Source of the DNA: Mizuhopecten yessoensis
Taxonomy: Eukaryota
Direction: 5' to 3'
Assembly: GCF_002113885.1 (NCBI RefSeq)
Contig: NW_018408834.1
Span: 107,592-171,591 of the forward strand
Length of the DNA stretch: 64,000 nucleotides
Positions 12,001 to 23,775 of the stretch are shown here, piece by piece (position 1 is the first letter of the stretch; every line of letters begins with the position of its first letter). The position numbers and the translations under genes are program-made. The notes under the pieces are model-generated. The model made no database searches, was not told where the DNA came from, and was given only the letters and a program-made list of their open reading frames with translations.

Positions 12001-15000
12001 TATTTGTCTGTCCAGTCCCTCTTTTATATTGTTTATATGAGAAGAAAATTTTCAGTTAATTGTGAAGGCAAATTTTGTAAATAATTATTGTAGAATATCT
12101 ATGGTTAAATGTCCTTTGAATGCCAAGGTTTTTTATTAGCTCACCTGGCCCGAAGGGCCAAGTGAGCTTATCCCATGGTGCAGTGTCGGCGTCCGGCGTC
12201 CGGCAACTTTTTCCTTTAAAATGCTACTTGTCCTGAATGGCTCAGAGGATTTTGACCAAATTTGGTCAGGAGCATCATTGGCCAAAGGGTTCTCAGTTTT
12301 GTATAAACGGAGGGTATAACCCCCCTGGGGGCAGAGGGGCGGGGCCAAATAGGGGGAAAATAGGTAAATCTTTAAAAATCTTCTTCTTCTCAACCAATAG
12401 AAGGATTTTGACCAAATTTGTCCTAGAGCATCTTTGGACAAAGAAGACTCAAGTTTGTATAAACGGAGGGTGTGGCCCCTCTGGGGGCGGAGGGGCGGGG
12501 CCCAATAGGGGAAATAGAGGATTTTTTTTCTCCTGCTATACAAGTGAAGGGATTTTAACCAAATGCAGTCTGAAGCATGATTAGGGACAAAAGAATCAAT
12601 TTTGTATAAACTGAGGTGTGTGGGCCTCCTTCTAAGGGCAGATGGGTGGGGCCCATTAGGGGAAATAGAGGAAAACATCAAATATCCTTCTCCTTTTGTA
12701 CCGATGAAGGGATTTTGACCAAATTTGGTCTGGAGCATCATTGGCCAAAGGGTTCTCAGTTTTGTATGAACGGAGGGTATGGTCCCCCTGGGGGCAGAGG
12801 GACGGGGCCAAATAGGGGAAAATAGGTAAATCTTTAAAAATCTTCTCCTCAACCAATTGAAGGATTTTGACCAAATTTGTCCTAGAGCATCTTTGGACAA
12901 AGGAGACTCAAGTTTGTATAAACGGAGGGTGTGGGCCTTCTGGCGGCATAGGAGCGGGGCCCAATAGGGGAAATAGAGGATTTTTTTTCTCCTACTATAC
13001 AAGTGAAGGGATTTAAACCAAATGCAGTCTGAAGCATGCTTAGGGAGAAAAGAATCAATTTTGTTTAAACTGAGGTGTGTGGATTCCCCTTCTTTGGGGC
13101 AGATTAGTGGGGCCCATTAGGGGAAATAGAGGAAAACATTAAAGATCCTTCTCCTTCTGTACCGTTGAAGGGATTTTAACCTAACCAAACTTGTTTTAGA
13201 GAATCTTTGGGCAAAGGGAATTGAATATTTATAAATGGAAGATGCAACTTTGTTACTTGTACTCCTTTGATAAACCTGAATGGTACTCAGCAGGTTTTAA
13301 ATTGAAAAATAAAATACCAGATGAGCTATTAAGGCCCCTGGGCCTCTTGTTGAATATTGTGTTCACTATAAACATATGCTTACTGGACTTATTTATGTCA
13401 CTGTAAATTGAATTATCATGTGTAGAAATATTCCCATGGTGATTCTTTAAGCTGATTATGGTATGAACATTTTAACAATGACAATGTTTTTCGATCAATA
13501 CATTCTTTACATCTCTAATCTATAAATTAATATTTCCAAATGGATATTTTTGTGCTAATTTACTCAACACAAGAAATAGCATTTCCACACCACCAAAATG
13601 TCCACTTTTAAAATACAATCTGGACTTGGTAAAGAGAAACTTTAAAAAAACAAAACATTATGCAGTTGTCTGCATAAAAATGTTGGTACCAATTTGTTTT
13701 GTTCAATTCAAGTAAAATTCTTTTTGTATTTGTGCCTCAGGCAGAGAGCAGTGAGGAGATGGAAGCATCGACAGACATTGGATTGGTAAAGGGCCATGCT
13801 TACGGAATTACTGCTGTCAAAAACATTCACCTTGAGGGGTCTTCTGGTCTGTTCAACTTTTTCAGAAGGGAAAAAATCCCCATGGTCCGTCTAAGGAATC
13901 CCTGGGGAGAGAAGGAGTGGAAAGGAGCGTTCAGTGATGGGTAAGCAAGTGGAAATGTTGGGGCCCTCAATGATTTGGGGGGAGGGGGGTGTTGCAGGTG
14001 GCCCACAGTGATGGGTAATGATGAAAGAGTAAGCCTTCTATGATAGGTTGGTGGGGAGGGGATAGGGCCTGATGTAATGAGGAAAGAGTAGGCCTTCTAT
14101 GATAGGTTGGTGGGGAGGGGATAGGGCCTGATGTAATGAGGAAAGAGTAGGCCTTCTATGATAGGTTGGTGGGGAGGGGATAGGGCCTGATGTAATGAGG
14201 AAAGAGTAGGCCTTCTATGATAGGTTGGTGGGGAGGGGATAGGGCCTGATGTAATGAGGAAAGAGTAGGCCTTCTATGATAGGTTGGTGGGGAGGGGATA
14301 GGGCCTGATGTAATGAGGAAAGAGTAGGCCTTCTATGATAGGTTGGTGGGGAGGGGATAGGGCCTGATGTAATGAGGAAAGAGTAGGCCTTCTATGATAG
14401 GTTGGTGGGGAGGGGATAGGGCCTGATGTAAATAGGAAGGCTGTAGGTCTTGGTAATTGGTAGGGGAGGGGGGAGTGGTGGGTAAAAACTGTAGGACTTG
14501 GGACTTCAATGATAGGCAGATTGTGAGAGATTTAGGAGGAAAGCATTTCAGTGAAGATTACATAGCAGGATTAGCTCCTTTCTAGAGGCAGATATACAGA
14601 AGGAGTAGCCAGGTCCTGATATTTTATGGGAAGTGAAGGGGTACCCATATAAATTTACTAGTAACACTGAAGTAGGGTTTTATGGGAAGTGAAGGGTTAC
14701 CCATATATATTTACTAGTAACACTGAAGTAGGGGATGGAGTGAGGACTTCCAAAGGGATGAGGAGAGAACACATAGCTAGCTATTTATAGACATTTATAT
14801 ACAAACTTGAGCTTTGGTGAGATGCTATCATTGTGTCTCAATGTTAGAGTGAGAAACTGGATTTTTCTGTTTAGCACAGCTACTGCCGACTTTTGGCAAT
14901 TTCTGATACTTTTATTAGTCACCATTGGTACTACATATATATAGCTAACAGAGGGGACCATAGTCCTCTAGTTTTCATCTGGATTGGCCTCTGTCTGTTC

Positions 15001-18000
15001 GCAGGCTATCTTAAATATTTATGGACCGATTTGTATAAATCTTTGCCGTAAGATATGTCATTTGAGATGATACAAACTGATACTGATTTTGAAGATTGCC
15101 TCGATCTGCATGAATTGGTAATTAATGTTGCTGAAACAGGAAACAGATTTGTAATTCGTTGATCATTTTGTTGGCTAACTTAGATATAAACTGACTAGAA
15201 GACTTGATATAAAGTTCTTGCAAAGATGTCATGGATCTTTGCATGATTAATCTAATCATGTTAACTTGCATAGCTAGCTGATTTTTGATTGACAATGTCA
15301 AAAAAGTTTTATCATCATCAATGTCTGATGTATTTTTGCGATCTTGATCCCTTCTAAATTTTACATTCAGCTCTGCAGAGTGGAACAAGATCTCTAAGGA
15401 CGACCGACAGAAGATCGGGCTTACATTTGAGGATGATGGAGAATTCTGGTAAAATTTGGTACAAAATAACTAACAAGAAGTTGAGATTATAAATATTTGG
15501 CTTCTGAATGTTTTAAAACTTTTGAATGTTACAAAGAAGCATTTGTTGATGCAGTTCATCAGAAAAATCTGTTGATCTTCACATAATTCCTAAGTGATGT
15601 AATGTACTTATTTGTATTCAGGACCACTGAGGTTCTGTTAGTGCTTTGTGTATGCAGGAAAGCATTGATGCACTTATTGTTAACTTCAAAATGACAAATT
15701 TTGTGTCCTTCCCAAGAGGTGTCTAGGGACATGAAAACTCTTCAATAAATCACCAACACCTATAAGGTCCTCTGGGGTTCACTATAAATCACAAACACCT
15801 ATAAGGTCCCTTCGGGTTCACTCTAAATCACAAACACCTACAAGGTCCTCTGGGGTTCACTATAAATCACTAACACCTATATAAGGTCCTCTGGGGTTCA
15901 CTCTAAATCACAAATACCTACAAGGTCCTCTGGGGTTCACTATAAATCACAAACACCTATAAGGTCCTTTCGGGTTCACTATAAATCACAAACACCTACA
16001 ACGTCCTCTGGGGTTCACTATAAATCACAACCACCTTAAAGGTCCTCTGGGGTTCACTCTAAATCACAAACACCTCTAAGGTCCTCTGGGGTTCACTATA
16101 AATCACAAACACCTATATAAGGTCCTCTGGGGTTCACTCTAAATCACAAACACCTATATAAGGTCCTCTGGGGTTCACTATAAATCACAAACACCTATAA
16201 GGTCCTCTGGGGTTCACTATAAACATGTTTACTACATCTGTATTTTGGTTAGACCAGATCAATTTGTTCTGTTAACAGGATGCAGATGGAGGACTTCTGT
16301 CGGTACTTTGTAAAGGCGGCGATCTGCTGTGTTGTCAACACGTCCATATTTGCCTTCAGTAAGACCTGGCACGAAGGTCTGGCCCACAGTAAATGGGTGA
16401 AGCCAAACAGGGCTGGCGGCTGTCTCAACCACAAAGACACATTCTTGAATAACCCACAGGTAACTGAATCATTATTGGTCGATTATATCGGTAGATAAAT
16501 AACACCAGCCTTTCAGGTAATCTTTCCCTATGGAGTATATGAGATTAATCGAACACCAGCCTTTCAAGTAATCTTTCCCTATGGAATATATGAGATTAAT
16601 CGAACACCAGCCTTTCAGGTAATCTTTCCCTATGGAGTATATGAGATTAATCGATCACCAGCCTTTCAAGTAATCTTTCCCTATGGAGTATATGAGATTA
16701 ATCGAACACCAGCCTTTCAAGTAATCTTTCCCTATGGAGTATATGAGATTATTTTATGGGTCACCTCAGCCAACTCCATGAGTTCCTCTTGTGACAATGG
16801 ATAGTAACTTTCAGAAATCAGGTCTTATGCCTCATATTTTATAGAGTAATGGCCCTTTGTTTAAGTTAGATACCAAAGTGGATCTGAAGGTAAGCATTAG
16901 GGACAGTAACATGAGATTTCTCACAAAACTTATTTTAACTATTTTAACTAGTCACAGATAGAGGATTTTTTTTCTCCCAAATGCAAATTATATTAGACTT
17001 GTCTGTGTTTTCCTGAGATTAGTTGACTCATGTCATTAGTATTTATGATATAAGAAATTGAATGAATGTTTTTACTCAACCAAAAAATTACAGCATTCCT
17101 GGGAACAAATGTCTCATAAACATCAAATTTTGTTTATCCTGAGAATTCATTTATCCCAAATATTTGATGAAAACAAAGGTGTCTCCTTTTTAAAAAGGTT
17201 CGCCTGTACAAGAGACCAACTGTTAATGTGTGATATGCTCTCTGCTCTCTATATTGTAGTTCACATTTGAGATCACGGACAAGGAAGATGAACCAATGTT
17301 CCAGCTAACACAGAAGAGTACTCGTGGGTCAGGTGGCAGTCGTAACATGACCGTTGGCTTCTCCATCATTAAGGTACAGCAGTATATATATATATTGACG
17401 TTCTGTGTTGGATTTGCCTATGTGTCGTTAGTAAACCAAATTCCAGTATATGAGACTGTATACTGCAATTTACAGTGATTCGGTCAGTGTAGGAACATAG
17501 TATATACATGGCCACCAGATACTTTCGGTATCAATAGGCCTATAGTCAGATAACTTTCTGGGTTCGTTATAGCATTAAGCAATAAAGGTCATCGCAAAAA
17601 AAAGCAACTTCACAAATAATGACAATATCAATTTATTATAAGATGTGTAGGTACCACAAAATTATTGTAAGTGCCATTCTAGATATGAAATTACCAAGTT
17701 TGTCAACGTCGTCACACAGGGGCTCGGTTTCGAGATTTTGAGTTATGCATAACATCAGTGAATAACCACAACACTAAAATTCAGCATTTATAAAACCTTG
17801 TAAAAGTCGAGGGTATTGACAAGGTTTTAAAATGTGTATAAATACCTTTTTAAGTGTTTTGGTTCTTCAGTGATGTCATCCATTACTCAAAATCACCAAA
17901 CCGAGCCCCTGTGAACGTCGTCTGCTAGCGATGCTAATCTTACCGATAAGACATGGAATCTGTTTCAAACGAAATGTCCTTGGAGTCGTTATCACCTACT

Positions 18001-21000
18001 GAAAGGACCACTTTAATTATAAAAAGATATGCTTCCGAAAATAACGTAATATTCCAGTTGATGGAAACATAAGCGTTTTTGAGGAAACAATCAAGTCCGT
18101 TCAGCGCCGCATCACTTCCAAATACCCCCGGTACATGTAATCTATCAATGCGCGAAAAACAGCTTTAATTTTAAACAAGCAGAAGTTATGCAATTATTAA
18201 CAATTTTTCAACATATGTACACTCATACGAAATAAATAATAAAGTTAAGTTTGTGTTAAAACCATTTTATGTGCGTGTGGTTTGCAATGACACGAGGGAC
18301 TATATTATTTCTTCTGAAAAATTTGGCTGTTCTGGGATTTGAACTTACTGACGTCACTGATATGATAAGCGGGAAATTCAAACGTATTTTTGCTTCAGTT
18401 ACTATACAAAACAAACTTTATAAATGTAAATATAGGCATTGAACTGTTACAAGATGCAGTATACAGTCGACATTCTATTTGTCTGTCACCCAAATTGCAC
18501 TCATATCGACTGTATACTGCATCTGGTAACAGTTCAATGCTTAAATAAACTCTACGTGTAAATCATAATATGCATGTAATACATTTATTGCTCTTGTAGT
18601 AGGGAATTTTTTGTTTCCCTTTGATTAAAAATTATGTTTCATTAGGGCACACCACAGGTGAAACAAGATTGATCAAGGGGAAACTAAGAAGTATGTTTCC
18701 CTAAGACAAGGGTTTTAAACTTGTTATTACATTGCAATAGAAAATTCACACAGCATTAAACATCACCAGTCAGGCTTACATCCCATTGCTACAATCTGCT
18801 ACAGCTACTCAGAACTCAGATGTGATACCTCTCGGTTTTAGAAAGGACCAAAATGAGGGAAATATGAACAGGGAAACTAGAGCATGAGAGGGAAGCACAA
18901 GTATTTAGATCTCCTTATGTTCATCTCAATCCAATCAGATATGTCTTTATATAGATACTTGTAATAAAATTGGTAGGTAGTGTAAGTTACTCTTAATAGG
19001 GTGAAGGATTAATTCACAGGGTTATGAGAATCACTATTTACAGTTAAAGAGGTATCTATTATATTCTCTACATTTCTAGTGAAAATGCAAAAAGAGAAGC
19101 TCGCATCCCATTCATTTTCTCTACCAAACAGGAAAACAAACTAAATACGATGAGAACATAGTGATAGATAGCTTAGTTTTAAAACAACTGGAGAAGAGTC
19201 CAACAAAGAGTGAATTCATTTTAAAAAGTAAGAGGGTAAAAATTGTAATATTTACAGTATCACTTGTGTAAACTTAGGTGGAGGAAAACCGACGCTATCG
19301 TATGCATGACATGAGTCAGCAAGAAATGGTCACCTCTAGTGCATTCAGGGACAGCCGGGCAATCTTCCTGCGCCACAAGCTTACTAAAGGTCGTTACGCT
19401 ATTGTGGCCTGTACGTTTGACCCTGGGAATGAGTGCGACTTCCTTCTGAGAATGTACACAAGCTCTGCTAACAATTTCAAGTAAGTTCTCTGATTACCAA
19501 AATAAAATAAGTAAAACAGACAATGGCTCATCTAAAAATGAATACATGTATTTTACATCATAAGTAACATAATTTTTACCTGGCTTGGCCTTCATTGTCA
19601 GGTTTCAGGCTTTTCTCATATGTAACTCTAGATAAGGTCATGATGCTATATTACTTTGTCATCAACTCGGGGTACATATAGATATCTATAATAATGTTAT
19701 GTTGTCATTGTTACAGGCCCCTGATCTATGAAAAGCCACAGAAAAACTGGTGGCACTGTTGCGGTGGTAGCATACAGTTGGTGACGAGGGTCAAGGTCAT
19801 GAGGGCAGAGGGGCTAGAGCGCCAAGAAAGGACAGGTGAATGAGGATTTATCTTGCACATTTCTTATAATGTAGAACAATACCAGTCACATCATTTCGTA
19901 AACTTGTCAGCACCAGTGAATTCTTGTGTGGAGTGACTCCTCAGCACCAGTGAATTCCTGTGTGGACTGACTCCTCAGCACCAGTGAATTCTTGTGTGGA
20001 CTGACTCCTCAGCAACAGTGAATTCCTGTGTGGAGTGACTCCTCAGCACCAGTGAATTCCTGTGTGGACTGACTCCTCAGCACCAGTGAATTCCTGTGTG
20101 GACTGACTCCTCAGCACCAGTGAATTCCAGGGTGGACTGACTCCTCAGTACCAGTGAATTCCTGTGTGGACTGACTCCTCAGCACCAGTGAATTCCTGTG
20201 TGGACTGACTCCTCAGCAACAGTGAATTCCTGGGTGGCCTGACTCCTCATTTGTAAAACAACAATGCTGTAGTGTGGTAGAGAGAATGTGACTGTTGTCT
20301 TTTATGTTTTTATAATTTACTCCTGTTAATTTTCAAGTTTTAAGATAACAAACTTAAAGAAAAATTTGGTAAATATGATAAGCAATTGTATTCTTTACAT
20401 TCATTATATAAACTGTAATTGAAGGACAATATCTTAGGTGACTTTCACTTTATATACCTGGTAATAAAATTAATATCATACAGATGGTTAGACTTACAGG
20501 GAAACAATTGTGGATGGAAGCACTTCCCTTTCTCCTCTCGGCGCTCCCCACCACTCACAAATATTTCCAAAACGACTGTTGTATTCATTTTGTATGTTTG
20601 AATGTTGTACACAATAATTTTTGATATTTAATATTTTATTTTGTGTTTGAAACGTTTCAGGTGCTGACCCTTACTGTGTGATCTCGTGTGAGGGTGAGAA
20701 AGTCACTACCAAGGTCGTAGATGATACCACATGTCCTGAATGGAACTCTTCTGCCATCTTCTACCGAAAAACAGCTCTCAAAAAACCTTTAAAGATCCAG
20801 GTCAGTTCATCTAATAAAACAAGCATTTTCTGTGGGTGATCAGTTGATTCTTTGACAGATTTTCACAATGATGTGCCTTAATAATGACGGTTTAGAACCA
20901 TATTGCATTACATAGTTAGGGCCCCGTATCGGAGATCTATATGGGTGCCCTATAGTAATCACTCTGTCTGTCTGTCGGTCTGTCTGTCTGTCCGTCCACA

Positions 21001-22099
21001 AATTTTGTTCCTGGCTGATATCTTTAGTATTTATTGACCGATGTGCATGAAACTTGGTCAAGATGTTCAGTTCATAAAAAATACACATTGAGGTAAAAAG
21101 TCAAGGTCAAAGGTCAAGGTCATTAGGTTCAAAGGTCAAGGTCAAATTTTGTATCTTTTCACTGGTGAACATTTCGCTATGACACTTTGAAGCAATGTTG
21201 CTCAGAATTAAACAAGGAGTTAATTGACCAAAGGTCAAGGTCACTTTGTCAAAGGTCAAGGTTAAAATGTTGTACCTTTTCCCTGATGAACATTTTGTGT
21301 TGACATTATGAAGCAATGTTGTTCAGAACTTAACACAGAGTCAACAGACCTTAGTTCAAGGTTACTGGGTCCAAAGGGTCAAGGTCAAGTTTTATTTTTT
21401 TCACTGATGAACATTTTGTTATGATATTAAGAAGCAAAGTTGGTCTGAATTAAAGAATAAGTCAACTGACCAAAGATCAGGGTCACTGGGTTAATGGTCA
21501 AGGTCATTTGGGTCCAAAGGTCAAAGACAAAGTGGATCTCTGACTTTGACCCTGGCTCTTGATGGAGAAGGTATATAAGGTGAAATAAAAAAAATCAAAG
21601 CTAACAAATGAGTATTGCACCGGTAATCATATTTCTGTTAGCCCAGCAAATATGGAGGTGGAAGGAAACACATCACATCATAGTACATGTAAAATGTATA
21701 TTTTTCTTCCTTGCGATTCTTTTTGAAGTCCAAATGTCAAACGTCAAGCTCAGCTATATGGGCAGATTGCTTCTTGATGATTATGGGGGATATAATTGCC
21801 ACAAGACGGGGCCCTTACTGACCTGTCAGTGTTCTAGTTTGATTATGCCTGGCAGTGAAGCCAGCTACTTGATTCTGTGATATATTTTTACCAAGTATTT
21901 TATTCATTATTTTTAGATCTGGAACAGCAATGTGCTCCGGGACACCTACATGGGCAAGCACGTGTTCACCAGCGTTGACGAGTGTCGCGACAAGATCTCC
22001 GCTGTTGGATTGGTACAGCGTGGGAAGCAGGGAGACAAGGTCGCCAGTGGACAGCTCTACGTACAGATAACACAGACAAAGAAAGTCATGTCGCTGTAA
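6054..22099 (+). CDS. CAPN5: Calpain-5 (TRA-3-type calpain: CysPc, CBSW and C2 domains), about 643 aa, 12 coding exons
   Basis: Exons 6054-6233, 8890-9021, 9677-9885, 11772-11964, 13741-13940, 15371-15448, 16279-16459, 17260-17373, 19278-19480, 19717-19835, 20661-20800, 21917-22099. All are GT-AG and phase-compatible. The catalytic triad is intact ([19 protein letters not shown]), with [28 protein letters not shown] and a C-terminal C2 domain ([30 protein letters not shown]) instead of penta-EF hands. Confidence 0.95.
6991..7828 (+). mobile_element. Helentron-associated non-autonomous element (HINE/pearl-like) with an internal 146-bp tandem array
   Basis: 5' hairpin AGGTCACCTGAGC..GCTCAAGTGACCT, CGTC microsatellite, about 4.5 x 146-bp repeats, subterminal IR CTCAGGTGACC, 3' palindrome AGGCCCATGGGCCT followed by CTTGTT, and T-rich flanks. 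Confidence 0.85.
8688..8814. mobile_element. Short foldback MITE
   Basis: Terminal inverted repeats ATATCAACAGTCACTCT / AGAGTGACTGTTGATAT with further imperfect internal pairing. Confidence 0.7.
10205..10605. repeat. Degenerate GT-rich minisatellite (GTTGCTATGTTGAGAGTTTG-type subunits)
   Basis: Repeated TTGGTTGCTATGT/TTGAGAGTTTGG subunits that resemble the start of the downstream calpain exon. Confidence 0.85.
10660..11790 (+). repeat. About 64-bp tandem repeat containing the calpain exon-4 splice acceptor, split by a HINE
   Basis: TTTCTGTTTTG(T/C)AG|GCTGTTT recurs with the AG ending at 10677, 10740, 11583, 11643, 11707 and 11771. The last is the in-frame acceptor. Confidence 0.9.
10785..11566 (+). 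mobile_element. HINE/pearl-like element with 140-147-bp internal repeats
   Basis: 5' CTCACCTGGCC..GAGCT, CGTC microsatellite, four AAGTTTGTTCAAATGAATGACCTT repeats, and a 3' CCAGGAGAGC..AGGCCCATTGGGTCTCTTGTT end. Confidence 0.82.
12136..13351 (+). mobile_element. HINE/pearl-like element with a higher-order (trimeric) internal array
   Basis: 5' hairpin AGCTCACCTGGCCCGAAGGGCCAAGTGAGCT and seven 145-163-bp monomers, each starting GGATTTT(G/A)ACCAAA. The 3' end is CCAGATGAGCT..AGGCCCCTGGGCCTCTTGTT. ORFs 12136-13002 and neighbours are artefacts. Confidence 0.88.
14020..14430 (+). repeat. 59-bp G-rich minisatellite, about 7 near-identical copies
   Basis: Unit GATAGGTTGGTGGGGAGGGGATAGGGCCTGATGTAATGAGGAAAGAGTAGGCCTTCTAT. 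Confidence 0.95.
15745..16223. repeat. 39-41-bp minisatellite, about 12 copies
   Basis: Unit TATAAATCACAAACACCTATAAGGTCCTCTGGGGTTCAC. It ends about 55 bp before the exon 7 acceptor. Confidence 0.95.
16501..16751. repeat. 51-bp minisatellite, about 5 copies
   Basis: Unit AACACCAGCCTTTCA(G/A)GTAATCTTTCCCTATGGAGTATATGAGATTAATCG. Confidence 0.93.
17714..17913. mobile_element. About 200-bp foldback MITE with target-site duplication
   Basis: Ends CACAGGGGCTCGGTTT / AAACCGAGCCCCTGTG with pairing along most of its length. AACGTCGTC is duplicated at 17705-17713 and 17914-17922. Confidence 0.85.
18433..18543. mobile_element. Inverted-repeat module, possibly the end of a larger Crypton-like non-autonomous element
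   Basis: 35-bp arms GCATTGAACTGTTACAAGATGCAGTATACAGTCGA / TCGACTGTATACTGCATCTGGTAACAGTTCAATGC. GACTGTATACTGCA also occurs near 17454. Confidence 0.6.
19908..20249. repeat. 34-bp minisatellite, about 10 copies
   Basis: Unit CAGCACCAGTGAATTCCTGTGTGGACTGACTCCT, with an EcoRI site in each unit. Confidence 0.95.
20916..21839 (+). mobile_element. HINE/pearl-like element (AAGGTCA-rich family)
   Basis: 5' TTAGGGCCCCGT..GGGTGCCCTA, (CTGT)n microsatellite, degenerate AAAGGTCAAGGTCA repeats, 3' subterminal IR ACGGGGCCCT and hairpin ACTGAC..GTCAGT. Confidence 0.75.
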
Positions 22100-22264
22100 A
22101 TAAAGGGAGATAAGGTCGCCAATGGACAGCTCTACGTACAGATAACACGGACAAAGAATGTCACGTCACTGTAAATAAAGGGAGATAAGGTCGCCAATGG
22201 ACAGCTCTACGTACAGATAACATGGACAAAGAATGTCACGTCACTGTAAATAAAGGGAGATAAG
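22030..22264 (+). repeat. 75-bp tandem triplication spanning the calpain stop codon
   Basis: GGGAGA(C/T)AAGGTCGCCA(G/A)TGGACAGCTCTACGTACAGATAAC...CTGTAAATAAA occurs three times, plus a partial fourth copy. Confidence 0.95.
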
Positions 22265-23519
22265 TCACAGTAATAAACAGATCAGGCATACGAAAGAATG
22301 TCATGGTGTTACCAATAAAGGGTGATAACTCACAACTACGCATAGTCACAGTGACAGTTTTACTGGTCAGACAGTATTGACCTCTTGTAATATATATAAC
22401 ACATTGTAATACAGGATCATTGCAGATTTTGGAGGGTTTGAAAGTATCTCAATTCAGGAAAGGTTTTCTAAAAACCATTCCTAGCGTTTTATAAATATCA
22501 ATATTAAAACTTTATTTCCCAAATAAAGATATTTCTTAGATGAAATTTTCCATCTAGGAAGGAAAATTTATATTTTAAAATGTCAAATTACCTGTAAAAT
22601 GGAGAAAAAGGAAATAGGTTTATCAACTTCTTCGGATTATCAAGGGTAAAATAATGGTGACCTTAAAAAGTTTACTGTCTTTAATTTCTTACAAAATGTT
22701 AGGTATCCTAGGTTACTGGATACAACTGTACACACAGGTCCTAGGCCTGGCTGCCATGTATGATTTAGATACAGAGAATAGTCTATGCCTATCGATGTAT
22801 TGTCCTTTACATTCTTCAAAATTGATGTTTCGCGAAAGAAGTTGATACCTGTTGATATTAATAGGCTTTAGAATGCAATAATTAGGTTGTATGGTGGATA
22901 TTTAGATGTTTAACATATTATTTACAGCTTAAAGCTGAGTGTGTTCATGAAAGGTATTTTATAATGAATTTTGATTCACTATGTGAATTTATTGATCTTC
23001 AAAAGTCTATTCATTTATTATGAATCTTCAGTAAAATATTAATATTTCAAATACTTTTCGTGTGCTTGCTCTATTTGTGTGTCACAGCACCTTCTATAAT
23101 AATTTCCTTGGATATAAAATTAAATTAAATGCTAATGTCAATCTTTCAATTTTTTTCATAATTTTACATGTAATTTGTTTTAATAATGTGTGATACTCAC
23201 ATTTACATTTTGATGCTGCTGAATTGGAATATTTTCCTGCTGTTGAAGATATTTTGTACAGTACATGTTTGTGTTTTTAAAAATGCTCAAGGAAAGATCA
23301 AATAAAATGAGATATATTTTATTAAATAATAGATAGAATGTTTTTAAATAGATTTTGGAAATGAACAAACTTTTTTTGAGGCTATTTTCTGTGTGATCTT
23401 TGGTGATGCGTCTGGTGTACTAGTTATAACAACATGTATAATGACCTTTAAGAGGTCAGACTCCTAGAGCATTCATATCATCTTACATAGATCATTTAAA
23501 ATCACCAGGGATTAACAAA

Positions 23520-23775
23520 TTAATAATAATAATTGGAGGTCCTTATATACCGCTTTATCACAGCCTAGTTTGTAGGTCGTCTCAATGCGGTTCACAAATT
23601 ATTATCCATGGAATATAGCGCTTTGCAACCAGCCAATATCTTTCTCAACTCCCTAGGGAGCATGCAGGCGGTGCTGCCATTTTGGCGCTCACAGCTAGCA
23701 TTCAACAATTCTAGCACTGCCCAACCACGTACTCTTTACAGCTTAGTAGACTGGAACAAGCGGAGTAAAGTATTA
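23520..23775 (-). mobile_element. SINE relic (central conserved domain plus L2-like tail)
   Basis: The minus strand reads ACTTTACTCCGCTTGTTCCAGTCTACTAAGCTGTAAAGAGTAC..AGCGCCAAAATGGCAGC..TGCTCCCTAGGGAGTTGAGA..GCAAAGCGCTATAT..AAAGCGGTATATAAG with a (TTA)n-like tail. Recognised by resemblance only. Confidence 0.55.

Noticed and set aside
12136-13002. 288-aa ORF and overlapping ORFs
   Set aside because: They lie entirely within a HINE tandem array in a calpain intron.
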